Source: Elusimicrobiota bacterium
GTDB lineage: Bacteria; Elusimicrobiota; Elusimicrobia; Elusimicrobiales; UBA9959
DNA: 39,962 nucleotides
Assembly: GCA_027340875.1 (NCBI GenBank)
Contig: DAIENX010000020.1
Span: 1-39,962 of the forward strand
Direction of reading: 5' to 3'
Position numbers and translations under genes: made by a program. Positions 1 through 7,726 of the stretch are shown here, in pieces. The notes beneath the pieces were generated by a model, which was given only the letters and a program-made list of their open reading frames with translations, was not told where the DNA came from and did not search any database. How positions within the stretch are numbered: position 1 is the stretch's first letter; the number at the start of each line of letters is the position of its first letter.

Positions 1-35
1 AAGGGTTGCTGGTTCGAGTCCAGCCCGGCGAGCCA
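1..35 (+). tRNA. 3' end of a tRNA gene, truncated by the window edge; possibly tRNA-Asn
   Basis: T-arm GCTGG-TTCGAGT-CCAGC (8-24), acceptor strand CCGGCGA (25-31), discriminator G32, encoded CCA (33-35). The anticodon lies outside the window; Asn is only inferred from A72/G73. Confidence 0.9.
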
Positions 36-71
36 AAATTTAAGACCCCCCTTGTGGGGGTCTTAAATTTT
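35..71 (+). terminator. Intrinsic terminator-like hairpin after the tRNA
   Basis: Perfect 16-bp inverted repeat AAAATTTAAGACCCCC / GGGGGTCTTAAATTTT with a 5-nt loop. Confidence 0.75.
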
Positions 72-262
72 GTCCCTCCGGGCTGATTGGCTTGCCCAAC
101 TTCTTTGGTTCGGGTGGAGTTTTCGCAACGCGAAAACGGCACTGCAGTGTCCAGCCCAAGCAACCAGCCCCTAATGGGGGTCTTAAATTTTGTCCCTCCG
201 GGCTGATTGGCTTGCCCAACTTCTTTGGTTCGGGTGGAGTTTTCGCAAAGCGAAAGCGACAC
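55..262. repeat. Two-copy direct repeat (about 88 bp, period 120 bp) with an internal hairpin
   Basis: 55-128 is identical to 175-248. Similarity extends to 142/262 with 3 mismatches. Each copy contains the hairpin GTTTTCGC-NNN-GCGAAARC. Confidence 0.9.
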
Positions 263-297
263 CTCCCCGGCCAACCCGGTCACCATTCCGTCCTCCC

Positions 298-327
298 TTG
301 ACCCCTGCGCCTTTATCCTCATATAAT
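298..327 (+). promoter_or_regulatory. Sigma70-like promoter for the M28 peptidase
   Basis: TTGACC (298-303), 18-bp spacer, TATAAT (322-327), then 12 nt to the ATG at 340. Confidence 0.6.
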
Positions 328-339
328 ACGCCTGTGCCT

Positions 340-1458
340 ATGAAACTTCGCCAGTGCATGCTGATCTCCCTGTTGCTCTGCTCATCCGCCGCCATGGCCG
401 CGCAGGACTCGCGCCCATACCTCCTGCTCTCCCACGACCCGGACTTCCTGCTGAGCATCGAGGGCCTGACGGATACCGTCTATGATAAGGGCCGCGTGCG
501 CCTGGTGACGCTCAAAGTGCCTGAAGCTGAAGTGCCGGCGGATATCATGCAGTTCCTGCGCCCTGTCGCAAGGGGAGAGATATCCTCTTACAGGCCCCAG
601 TCCCCGCAGCAGCCGGCCCCGGACCCCGCCGTCCAGGCCGTCACCGCTCTCGCGGACCAGTCATCCCTGCTTTCTTTTACCGGAGCCATAGTTTCCTCGG
701 GCAAGCGCAGCACCCGCCAGCTGGACCTCTCGCCCTCTTCCGGCAACAGGGCAGCCATGGACTATATCTACACCGCCTTCAAGCGCATGGGCTACGAGAC
801 CGAGCGGCAATGCTACAAGGACCGCAAGGCCGACAAGGAATGCAACATCGTGGCCCGCCGCCCGGCCGGCGCACCCGGCGCCAGGGCGGTACTGGTGATA
901 GGCCATATGGACTCGGTGGGTTACGAGAAGGCAGGCGCGGACGACAACGCCTCCGGCGCGGCGGGTGTACTGGAGATGGCCCGGGTACTCTCCCGTTTCC
1001 GCTCCGACCACGATCTCATCTTCGTCGCGGCCAACGGCGAGGAGACCGGGACCGCCGGCAGCAAGGCCTGCGCCAGGCTGCTGAAGGCTTCCGGCGAGCT
1101 CGCCCGCGTGGACTGGGCGATAAACATGGACATGATAGCCTGGAACCGCGACGGGACGATGAACATCGAGACCAACAAGGAGTTCTCCGCCCACGCCGAC
1201 TGGGTAGCCGCGCAGGCCTACACCTACACCAGCCTGAAGCCCGTCATAACCATGCCGGCCTGGGGCAGCGACCACGTGCCCTTCCTGGAGGCCGGTATCC
1301 CCACCTATCTCGCCATCGAGAACTGGGAGGACCATACCCCCTGCTACCACCAGGCCTGCGACACCATGGACTCCCTCTCCGGCTCCTACGCCGCCGATAT
1401 CGTCCGCCTGAACCTGGCCGTGATAGCCGGCAAGACGCGGCTCACCGCGGCGGATTGA
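340..1458 (+). CDS. Secreted M28-family Zn aminopeptidase
   Basis: Signal peptide from MKLRQ. Motifs GHMDS, GADDNASG, GEETG, NMDM, SDH, YHQACDT. Start moved from 190 to the ATG at 340. Confidence 0.88.
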   Translation: MKLRQCMLISLLLCSSAAMAAQDSRPYLLLSHDPDFLLSIEGLTDTVYDKGRVRLVTLKVPEAEVPADIMQFLRPVARGEISSYRPQSPQQPAPDPAVQAVTALADQSSLLSFTGAIVSSGKRSTRQLDLSPSSGNRAAMDYIYTAFKRMGYETERQCYKDRKADKECNIVARRPAGAPGARAVLVIGHMDSVGYEKAGADDNASGAAGVLEMARVLSRFRSDHDLIFVAANGEETGTAGSKACARLLKASGELARVDWAINMDMIAWNRDGTMNIETNKEFSAHADWVAAQAYTYTSLKPVITMPAWGSDHVPFLEAGIPTYLAIENWEDHTPCYHQACDTMDSLSGSYAADIVRLNLAVIAGKTRLTAAD

Positions 1459-1471
1459 AACCTCCGGCATA

Positions 1472-1509
1472 AAAAGAAGAACCCGGCCGCAGAGCCGGGT
1501 TCTTCTTTT
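1472..1509. terminator. Bidirectional intrinsic terminator
   Basis: AAAAGAAGAACCCGGC-6nt-GCCGGGTTCTTCTTTT between convergent genes. Confidence 0.85.
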
Positions 1510-1521
1510 CCGAAGGGAAGT

Positions 1522-2406
1522 TCAGTGGGACTGGAATACCGCGGCCCCTATCCTGGGGGCCATGGAAGTATCGTCCACGAAAGGATTGCGGTTGCCCTGA
1601 TAGCGCTCTATCAGGTCGTTGCGGCGGCGCTCGGCCGCGTCCGGCGGGTCCTGCCTGTCCCACTGCAGCAGCATCGGGACCCGGCTGGTCCAGAAATCCC
1701 TGTAGTTCATGCCGCTGCGGATGTCGCGGTCGTAATAGCGCACCACGAAATAGAGCAGGGCCCTCGCGATGTCGCCCTTCACCGCGTCCGCCGGCTCGAA
1801 GACCGCGCCGTCGAAGCGGCTGCCGCTGGAGGTGGAGTACTCCGCCCGGCCGGCCAGGCCGAAAGGCGACGAGCCCCGGGTATTGTTGGGCTTGATGAAA
1901 GTGGGGAAGATATGGTGCAGGTCGGCCCGCATGGGGAGGCCGCCGTCGAAGAAGCCCTGCGGCCAGGAATGTTCCGCGTTCATGCCGTCGGAGTCCACAT
2001 AGCCGTCGCCGTTGGCGTCGCCCAGCTCGCGGTAATCCTCGCCGTGCTCGCTGGAACCGGGGACACAGATCTGCGAATAGAAGGCTACGACCCCGGGGCG
2101 CCCGCCGCAGCCCGTGTTGTCCGCCACCGAGAACATGTACTTTTTGGCGTTCAGGTAAGCGGTGCCGCCCTTGGGCAGGGAGAACTCGGTGGCCTGGTGC
2201 AGGAACTGGAACAGCCGCTCGCCGGAAAGGCCTGAAGCCTGGGGCAGATAGGCGGCACGGGCGGGTAAAGGTACGGAAGGGGCAGATTGAGCGGGAATGT
2301 CCGCGAGGAACTGGTCAAGGTCCGGGATCCGGGGGGCAAGATCCCCTGCTGCTGAATTGGCAGCTGCGGTAAAGGCCAGTAGTAGCGACAGCGCGAAGCT
2401 TCTCAA
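1522..2406 (-). CDS. Secreted endonuclease I-family (His-Me finger) nuclease, paralog 1
   Basis: Signal peptide; NAEHSWPQ, DLHHIFPT, KGDIARALLYFVVRY, ERRRND, QGNRNPFVD. TTG start preceded by GGAGA. Confidence 0.88.
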   Translation of the reverse strand: MRSFALSLLLAFTAAANSAAGDLAPRIPDLDQFLADIPAQSAPSVPLPARAAYLPQASGLSGERLFQFLHQATEFSLPKGGTAYLNAKKYMFSVADNTGCGGRPGVVAFYSQICVPGSSEHGEDYRELGDANGDGYVDSDGMNAEHSWPQGFFDGGLPMRADLHHIFPTFIKPNNTRGSSPFGLAGRAEYSTSSGSRFDGAVFEPADAVKGDIARALLYFVVRYYDRDIRSGMNYRDFWTSRVPMLLQWDRQDPPDAAERRRNDLIERYQGNRNPFVDDTSMAPRIGAAVFQSH

Positions 2407-2441
2407 GATCTCTCCGTATTCCGCTGATCTACGTCGCTGAA

Positions 2442-2499
2442 ATTATATCATTATTCCCGTGATCATAGGTAGCCTTTCCGGCCGCCTGTATGCTATAGT
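2442..2499. promoter_or_regulatory. Divergent extended -10 promoters
   Basis: Minus strand TG-A-TATAAT (-10 at 2442-2447); plus strand TG-C-TATAGT (2491-2499). Confidence 0.5.
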
Positions 2500-2518
2500 C
2501 ATTCTCAGGTAGACGAAT

Positions 2519-3793
2519 ATGAAAAAACTCCTCACCGCAGTACTCCTGCTTTCCTGCACCGCCGTCCGCGCCAAGGGCCCGCTGGCCCAGCTGCTGGACG
2601 GCCGCGCCCTGCCGCCGGTACTGGCCCCGGCGCCGGCGCCGTCCGACCTCTCCTACCTGGAAGGTGACGACCGCTACTGGGCCACCGTCATGGCCGACGA
2701 CAAGTACGACCGCGCCGCCCTGCTGGCCGCCGGCATGGACATCATCGAGATAGAGGAGCACTCCGTCTCCGGCCTGATACCGAAGGGCGAGATGGAACAG
2801 CTGGCCGCCAAGGGCTTCATTGTACGCAGCTCCCAGCCTATAGCCGAATACGTCAGGAAGCACCTGAAGGACTTCCCGGCCTCTGACGCCGCCTACCACA
2901 ATTACTCCGAGACCGTGGCCGAGCTGCACAGGCTCGCCTCCGCGAACCCGGCCGAGACCTCGCTGTTCTCTGTCGGCAAGACCGTCCAGGGCCGCGACAT
3001 CTGGTGCCTGCGCATCAACCCGTCGGAGAAGGGGGAAGCCCCTTCTTCCAAGCCGGCCGCCTTCTTCATGGGCAACCATCACGCCCGCGAACATCTGACC
3101 GCGGAGGTCGCCCTGGCGCTGGCCAACGAGCTTCTGTCGCGCAAGAACGACCCGGAGATAAAGAAATACATCGACACCCTCGACATCTACATAGCGCCGA
3201 TGACCAACCCCGACGGCGTTGAGTACGACATAGCCACCGGGAAATACCGCTGGCACCGCAAGAACATGCGCGTCAACGACGACAAATCCTTCGGGGTGGA
3301 CCTCAACCGCAACTACGACTCCCGCTGGTGCGTTGCCGGGGCCTCCCATTACCAGGGTTCCGACACCTACTGCGGGCCCTACGCCTTCTCGGAGCCCGAG
3401 ACGCAGGCCATAAGGGATTTCGTCCTGGCCAGGCCGAACATAAAGACCCTGATGAGCTACCACTCCTATTCGAGCCTGGTCCTTTATCCCTGGGCGGGCC
3501 TGGACAACCCGGTGGAGAACGAGAAGGACCGCAAGGTGTTCACCGCGCTGGGCAAGGCCATGGCCTCCTTCACCGGCTACAAGCCGGAACAGTCCAGCGA
3601 CCTGTACATAGCTACCGGAGATACAACGGACTGGGCTTACGCCACCCGCGGCATCTTCGCCTTCACTACCGAGCTCGAGGGGCGCAGCTTCTATCCCGGC
3701 GCTTCGATCATAGAAAAGGCCTGCGCCTCTAACGTAAAGGCCGCGCTCTACCTTCTCAGCGTCACCGACGACCCGTACAAACTGGCGCGCTGA
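2519..3793 (+). CDS. Secreted M14 Zn carboxypeptidase (carboxypeptidase T-like)
   Basis: Signal peptide and prodomain; HHAREH, NPDG, WHRKN, GVDLNRNY, FSEPET, YHSYS, FAFTTEL. Confidence 0.9.
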   Translation: MKKLLTAVLLLSCTAVRAKGPLAQLLDGRALPPVLAPAPAPSDLSYLEGDDRYWATVMADDKYDRAALLAAGMDIIEIEEHSVSGLIPKGEMEQLAAKGFIVRSSQPIAEYVRKHLKDFPASDAAYHNYSETVAELHRLASANPAETSLFSVGKTVQGRDIWCLRINPSEKGEAPSSKPAAFFMGNHHAREHLTAEVALALANELLSRKNDPEIKKYIDTLDIYIAPMTNPDGVEYDIATGKYRWHRKNMRVNDDKSFGVDLNRNYDSRWCVAGASHYQGSDTYCGPYAFSEPETQAIRDFVLARPNIKTLMSYHSYSSLVLYPWAGLDNPVENEKDRKVFTALGKAMASFTGYKPEQSSDLYIATGDTTDWAYATRGIFAFTTELEGRSFYPGASIIEKACASNVKAALYLLSVTDDPYKLAR

Positions 3794-3807
3794 AAGCCGT
3801 TCAGGAC

Positions 3808-3844
3808 AAAAAGAAAAGGCCCCGCTCCGGGGCCTTTTCTTTTT
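3808..3844. terminator. Bidirectional intrinsic terminator
   Basis: Perfect 17-bp inverted repeat AAAAAGAAAAGGCCCCG-CTC-CGGGGCCTTTTCTTTTT. Confidence 0.85.
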
Positions 3845-3856
3845 TCTGCTGCTCGT

Positions 3857-4741
3857 TCAATGAGACTGGAACACCTGCGCCCCTATCCTGTCGGCCAGGG
3901 AGGGGTCGTCCACGAAAGGATTGCGGTTGCCCTGGAAGCCGGCTATCAGGTCGTTGCGGCGGCGCTCGGCCGCGTCCGGCGGGTCCAGGCGGTTCCACTT
4001 CAGCAGCATCTGCACGTTGCTGGTCCAGAAGGAGCCGTAGTCCATTCCGCGGCTGATATCCCGGTCGTAGTACCTCACGACGAAATAGAGCATGGCCCGG
4101 GCTACGTCGCCCTTGTCCCCGTCGTCCGGCTCGAAGCCCTCGCGCCCCAGTTTCGAACCCGCGGAGGTGGAATATACCGGGGCCGAAACTTCGGCGAACC
4201 GGAGGTTGCCGCGGCGGCCGTTGGGGACGGAGAGCGTCGATCCCAACTGATGCAGGTCGGCCACCATCGGTAGCGCGCTGTTGAAGTAACTCTGCGGCCA
4301 GATATGCTCCGCGTTCACGAAATCCCCGGAAACGCCGTCTCCGTCCTGGTCGCCCCTCTCCCTATAAGAATTCCCGTCGCCGCCGGTGCCGTTGATGCAG
4401 ACTTTCGAGTAAAGGGTGACTATGCCGGGCTTTCCGTCGCAGCTGGTATTGTCGGCCGAGGAGTACATGAAGGATTTCGCCTGCTTGTACGAGATGATGC
4501 CTCTTGCGGAAGAAGGGGCGGTAGCATCGTGCAGATACTCGAACAGGGCCTCGCCCTGCAGGCCTTCCGGCGCGCGGTCCGCCTGACCTGCCGCCAGCGG
4601 GGAGGGGATATCTGCCTGCGGCAAAGTGAAGCCCGCAGCGGAGAACTTGAGGGCGTCCAGGGCGGGTAACGCGGCCTTTTGCGCCGAAGCGTGGGCCGGG
4701 GTCAGGAGGAGGAGGAAGAATAACGCGGTTGAGAGGTTCAA
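3857..4741 (-). CDS. Secreted endonuclease I-family nuclease, paralog 2
   Basis: Signal peptide; NAEHIWPQ, DLHQL, KGDVARAMLYFVVRY, QGNRNPFVD. TTG start with AGGAG upstream. Confidence 0.88.
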   Translation of the reverse strand: MNLSTALFFLLLLTPAHASAQKAALPALDALKFSAAGFTLPQADIPSPLAAGQADRAPEGLQGEALFEYLHDATAPSSARGIISYKQAKSFMYSSADNTSCDGKPGIVTLYSKVCINGTGGDGNSYRERGDQDGDGVSGDFVNAEHIWPQSYFNSALPMVADLHQLGSTLSVPNGRRGNLRFAEVSAPVYSTSAGSKLGREGFEPDDGDKGDVARAMLYFVVRYYDRDISRGMDYGSFWTSNVQMLLKWNRLDPPDAAERRRNDLIAGFQGNRNPFVDDPSLADRIGAQVFQSH

Positions 4742-4756
4742 AATATCGCTCCTTGC

Positions 4757-4784
4757 TTGACGGCGGTCAATTGACTGCCGTCAA
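4757..4784. promoter_or_regulatory. Tandem TTGAC-N4-GTCAA palindromes (candidate operator)
   Basis: TTGACGGCGGTCAA followed directly by TTGACTGCCGTCAA, 16-43 bp upstream of nuclease 2. Confidence 0.45.
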
Positions 4785-4876
4785 CATATTTTAATCGCTG
4801 AGGCCTATCCTGCAAGGGCCAAAGGGCCTAGACCACCCATAGGCCCTTAGCCCTATCTGGTGTTGATCAGGGAATA

Positions 4877-4902
4877 AAAAAGGCGCCCTAGGGCGCCTTT
4901 TT
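4877..4902 (-). terminator. Intrinsic terminator downstream of the putative porin
   Basis: AAAAAGGCGCCC-TA-GGGCGCCTTTTT. Confidence 0.8.
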
Positions 4903-4919
4903 CATCAGTTGGGTAAGCC

Positions 4920-5660
4920 CTACCAGAGGTTAATGTCGACCTGCACGGTAAAGGTGTTCTTGCCGGTAACCTTGGTGTTGTTGTAGAAATCATAGCCGAA
5001 CAGGATGCTGGTACTGGGGGTGAAAGCCCAGGAAGCGCCCAGGCTCAGGGCCCCCAAGGCCGACTGGCCGCTCTGGTAATCTATGGCCGCCCAGAGCTTG
5101 TCGGAGATCTCGGTCATCGTCCGGTCGAGGGACAGCAGGACCCCGTTGTTGGCGTTTTTCCCGTTCTCGTCCACCAGCACCTTCGAATTGCCCACGTAGT
5201 ACCCGGCGGAAAGCCGCCCGATTCCCGGAAGCGCTTTCGCGCCCAGTGCATAGGCTATGTCCTGCGCCGTAGTGTCCTGGTTGGTGCCGAGGTTGTAGAT
5301 GCCCGCTGCGAAAGCGGGGGAGTTGGCGAAATACGCCCCGGCGGGCGCCCCTACCTTGGCGTGGAGATAGAGCGGGGAGCTGTCGGCCGCCGCGCCGGCC
5401 CGCATCACATCGAAACCGGCCTCGGCGCTGAGCTTCCGGCCTTGATAGATCCCCATGGTAGGGCCTATGACGAACAGCGGGGCCTTCCAGGCGCCGCCGC
5501 TCTCCTTGGAGGAGGAGATATAGTTGTCCACGTTAAGGTGCACCGACTTGTACTTCTGGACGTCCGTGGACGGGATCCAGATCTGCGTGGACGGCGTTGC
5601 GGAGACCGCGGCCGGCAGCAGGCAGAGAACGGCGAGAGAAAGGCATTTTCTGAATGTCAT
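4920..5660 (-). CDS. Putative outer-membrane beta-barrel (porin-like) protein
   Basis: Signal peptide, mature start TPSTQIWIPSTD, alternating amphipathic beta-strands, C-terminal aromatic residue (VQVDINLW), GGAGG SD. Confidence 0.65.
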   Translation of the reverse strand: MTFRKCLSLAVLCLLPAAVSATPSTQIWIPSTDVQKYKSVHLNVDNYISSSKESGGAWKAPLFVIGPTMGIYQGRKLSAEAGFDVMRAGAAADSSPLYLHAKVGAPAGAYFANSPAFAAGIYNLGTNQDTTAQDIAYALGAKALPGIGRLSAGYYVGNSKVLVDENGKNANNGVLLSLDRTMTEISDKLWAAIDYQSGQSALGALSLGASWAFTPSTSILFGYDFYNNTKVTGKNTFTVQVDINLW

Positions 5661-5703
5661 TATTTCCTCCAGACTGGATGGAGCTACCCCGATTCAGTTG
5701 TAC

Positions 5704-5739
5704 AAAAAAACGGCCCGCCCGGGCAACGACCGGGCGGGC
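5704..5739 (-). terminator. Intrinsic terminator after amtB
   Basis: 10-bp stem GCCCGCCCGG/CCGGGCGGGC with a T7 tract on the minus strand. Confidence 0.7.
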
Positions 5740-5751
5740 GGGGGAAGGCCG

Positions 5752-6960
5752 TTAGTGCAGGTAGGCGGTCTCGCCGTGCTGCACCTCGTCCATCCCGGTC
5801 TCTTCTTCCTTCTCCGTGGTCTTCACCGGGGTGATCACGTTGATGGCGTGAAGCGCCACGTAAGAGAAGGCGAAAGCGTACGCGGCCGTGCCGGCCACTG
5901 CCGCGAGCTGCTTGAAGAAGAACGACGAATCGCCGTGCCAGAGCCCGTTGGCCCCGCCGGAGTTGACCGCCGTGGTGGCGAACACGCCGAGCAGTATCAC
6001 GCCCAGCACGCCGCCCACTCCGTGCACGCCCCAGACGTCGAGCGCGTCGTCCCAGCCCAGCTTGTTCTTCAGCGTGACGGCCATGTAGCAGACCACGCTG
6101 GAGAGTATGCCTATGGCTACGGCGGCCTTCGTGGTGACGAAGCCGGCGCCCGGAGTTATCGTGGCGAGACCGGCGATGGAGCCGGTCAGCAGGCCGACGA
6201 ACTTGGGCTTCTTCTCCAGGAACCAGGCCAGGAACAGCCAGGTCACGGCCGCGAAGGAGGCCGCCACGTCGGTGTTGACGAAGGCGAGCGCGGTGACCGC
6301 GTCCACCTTCAGCTCGGAGCCGGCGTTGAAGCCGTACCAGCCGAACCACAGCAGGCCGGTGCCCAGGGCCACCAGCGGGATGCTGTGGGCGCCCTCTACG
6401 ATCTTGCGCTTGCCCACGAAGAAGACCGAGGCCAGCGCCGCGAAGCCGGCTGTCGCGTGCACCACTATGCCGCCCGCGAAGTCCAGCACGCCCCACTTGG
6501 CCAGCAGGCCGCCGCCCCACACCATGTGGACGAGGGGGAAGTAGACGAAGATCAGCCACAGCACCAGGAAGACCAGGTAGGCCTTGAAGTTGATGCGGTT
6601 CGTGAACGCGCCGGTGATGAGCGCCGGGGTGATCTGGGCGAACATCATTTGGTAGGCGAAGAAGACCAGCAGCGGGATGCTGCTGGACCCGGCGAACGGG
6701 GTCATCAGGTTCACGCCGTGCAGGAAGGCCATGTCGAAATTGCCGATCACGGCGCCCTCGCCCCCGGAGAAGCACAGCGAGTAGCCGAAGGCGTACCAGA
6801 TCACGGTGGTCACGCCGAGCGAGACGAAGCTCTGCATCATTATGGCCAGCACGTTCTTGCGGCCGACAAGCCCGCCGTAGAAGAAGGCGAGGCCGGGGGT
6901 CATGAGCATGACGAGGCTGGTCGACACGAGCATGAACCCGGTATTACCGGTATCGAACAT
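5752..6960 (-). CDS. amtB: Ammonium transporter (Amt family)
   Basis: MTPGLAFFYGG, QMMFA, HMVWGGG, DFAGGIVVH, LLWFGWYGFNAGS, DDALDVWGVHG; about 11 TM segments; GGAGG SD. Confidence 0.96.
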   Translation of the reverse strand: MFDTGNTGFMLVSTSLVMLMTPGLAFFYGGLVGRKNVLAIMMQSFVSLGVTTVIWYAFGYSLCFSGGEGAVIGNFDMAFLHGVNLMTPFAGSSSIPLLVFFAYQMMFAQITPALITGAFTNRINFKAYLVFLVLWLIFVYFPLVHMVWGGGLLAKWGVLDFAGGIVVHATAGFAALASVFFVGKRKIVEGAHSIPLVALGTGLLWFGWYGFNAGSELKVDAVTALAFVNTDVAASFAAVTWLFLAWFLEKKPKFVGLLTGSIAGLATITPGAGFVTTKAAVAIGILSSVVCYMAVTLKNKLGWDDALDVWGVHGVGGVLGVILLGVFATTAVNSGGANGLWHGDSSFFFKQLAAVAGTAAYAFAFSYVALHAINVITPVKTTEKEEETGMDEVQHGETAYLH

Positions 6961-7008
6961 AGGTTCCCTCCAGAATAATCAATGTACTGCAGCTACCCTC
7001 GAGAGATA

Positions 7009-7074
7009 ATTATAGGGTTTAAAGGTACGGCGGGATATCGGGGAATCCCTGAACGGGCAGGGGGAAAAACCTTA
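7009..7074 (-). promoter_or_regulatory. amtB promoter (-10 TATAAT) with two upstream candidate response-regulator boxes
   Basis: TATAAT at 7009-7014 with a poor -35. Near-palindrome TCAGGGATTCCCCGA (7038-7052) and related TAAGGTTTTTCCCCC (7060-7074), offset by 22 bp. Confidence 0.45.
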
Positions 7075-7078
7075 CCCG

Positions 7079-7726
7079 CTACAGGCTGACCAGGCCTTCC
7101 TTGACGGCGTAGCGCGTCAGGCCGGCTATGGTCTGGATGCCGAGCTTTCCCATTATGCGCTTGCGGTGGGTTTCTACGGTCTTAACGCTGAGCTCCAGCT
7201 TTCGCGAGATCTCCTTGGTGCTCAGGCCCTCGGCGAGGAGCTGCAGCACCTCCCGTTCCCGGTCCGACAGCAGCGTGAAGGCGCTGCGGGGGTCGCGCGA
7301 GGGTCCCTTTATGTAGTCGTCGAGGACTATGCTGGTTATGCCGGCGCTGAGGAAGTAGCGGTCGCAGGCCACGGTCCGGATCGCGTCCACCAGCTCGTCG
7401 AAAGCGGAGTCCTTGAGCAGGTACGCGCGGGCGCCGGCCTTGAAGATCTCCGTTACGTACTTGCGGTCGTTGTGCATGGAGAGCGCGATAACCTGAGGGG
7501 GGCGGCGGAGCTTGGCCAGCTTGCGGGCGGCCTCTATGCCGTTCAGCCCGGGCATAGAGATGTCCATTATCACCTGGTCCGGCGAGAGCTCCCGCACCAG
7601 CCGGACGGCCTCCAGGCCGTCGCGGGCCTCACCGGCCACCGAGATCCCCGGCTGCTGCTCGAGCAGGGAGCGGAGCCCCTCCCGGAATATCTTATGGTCG
7701 TCGCAGATAAGTATCTTCAGCTGCAT
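7079..7726 (-). CDS. NarL/LuxR-family DNA-binding response regulator
   Basis: Receiver (ICDDH, MDISMPGLNG, YLLKD) plus LuxR HTH (LSDREREVLQLLAEG...SVKTVETHR). Confidence 0.95.
   Translation of the reverse strand: MQLKILICDDHKIFREGLRSLLEQQPGISVAGEARDGLEAVRLVRELSPDQVIMDISMPGLNGIEAARKLAKLRRPPQVIALSMHNDRKYVTEIFKAGARAYLLKDSAFDELVDAIRTVACDRYFLSAGITSIVLDDYIKGPSRDPRSAFTLLSDREREVLQLLAEGLSTKEISRKLELSVKTVETHRKRIMGKLGIQTIAGLTRYAVKEGLVSL

Noticed and set aside
55..262. CRISPR array
   Set aside because: Only two copies, the repeat (74-88 bp) is far too long, and there are no cas genes.
92..458. Short ORFs 92-301 and 183-458, and the 190-339 extension of the peptidase
   Set aside because: They are read-throughs of the non-coding repeat and promoter. 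The signal peptide begins at 340.
1..5000. Genomic island or prophage integrated at the tRNA
   Set aside because: No integrase or phage genes, no second copy of the tRNA 3' end seen, and codon style matches the rest of the window.
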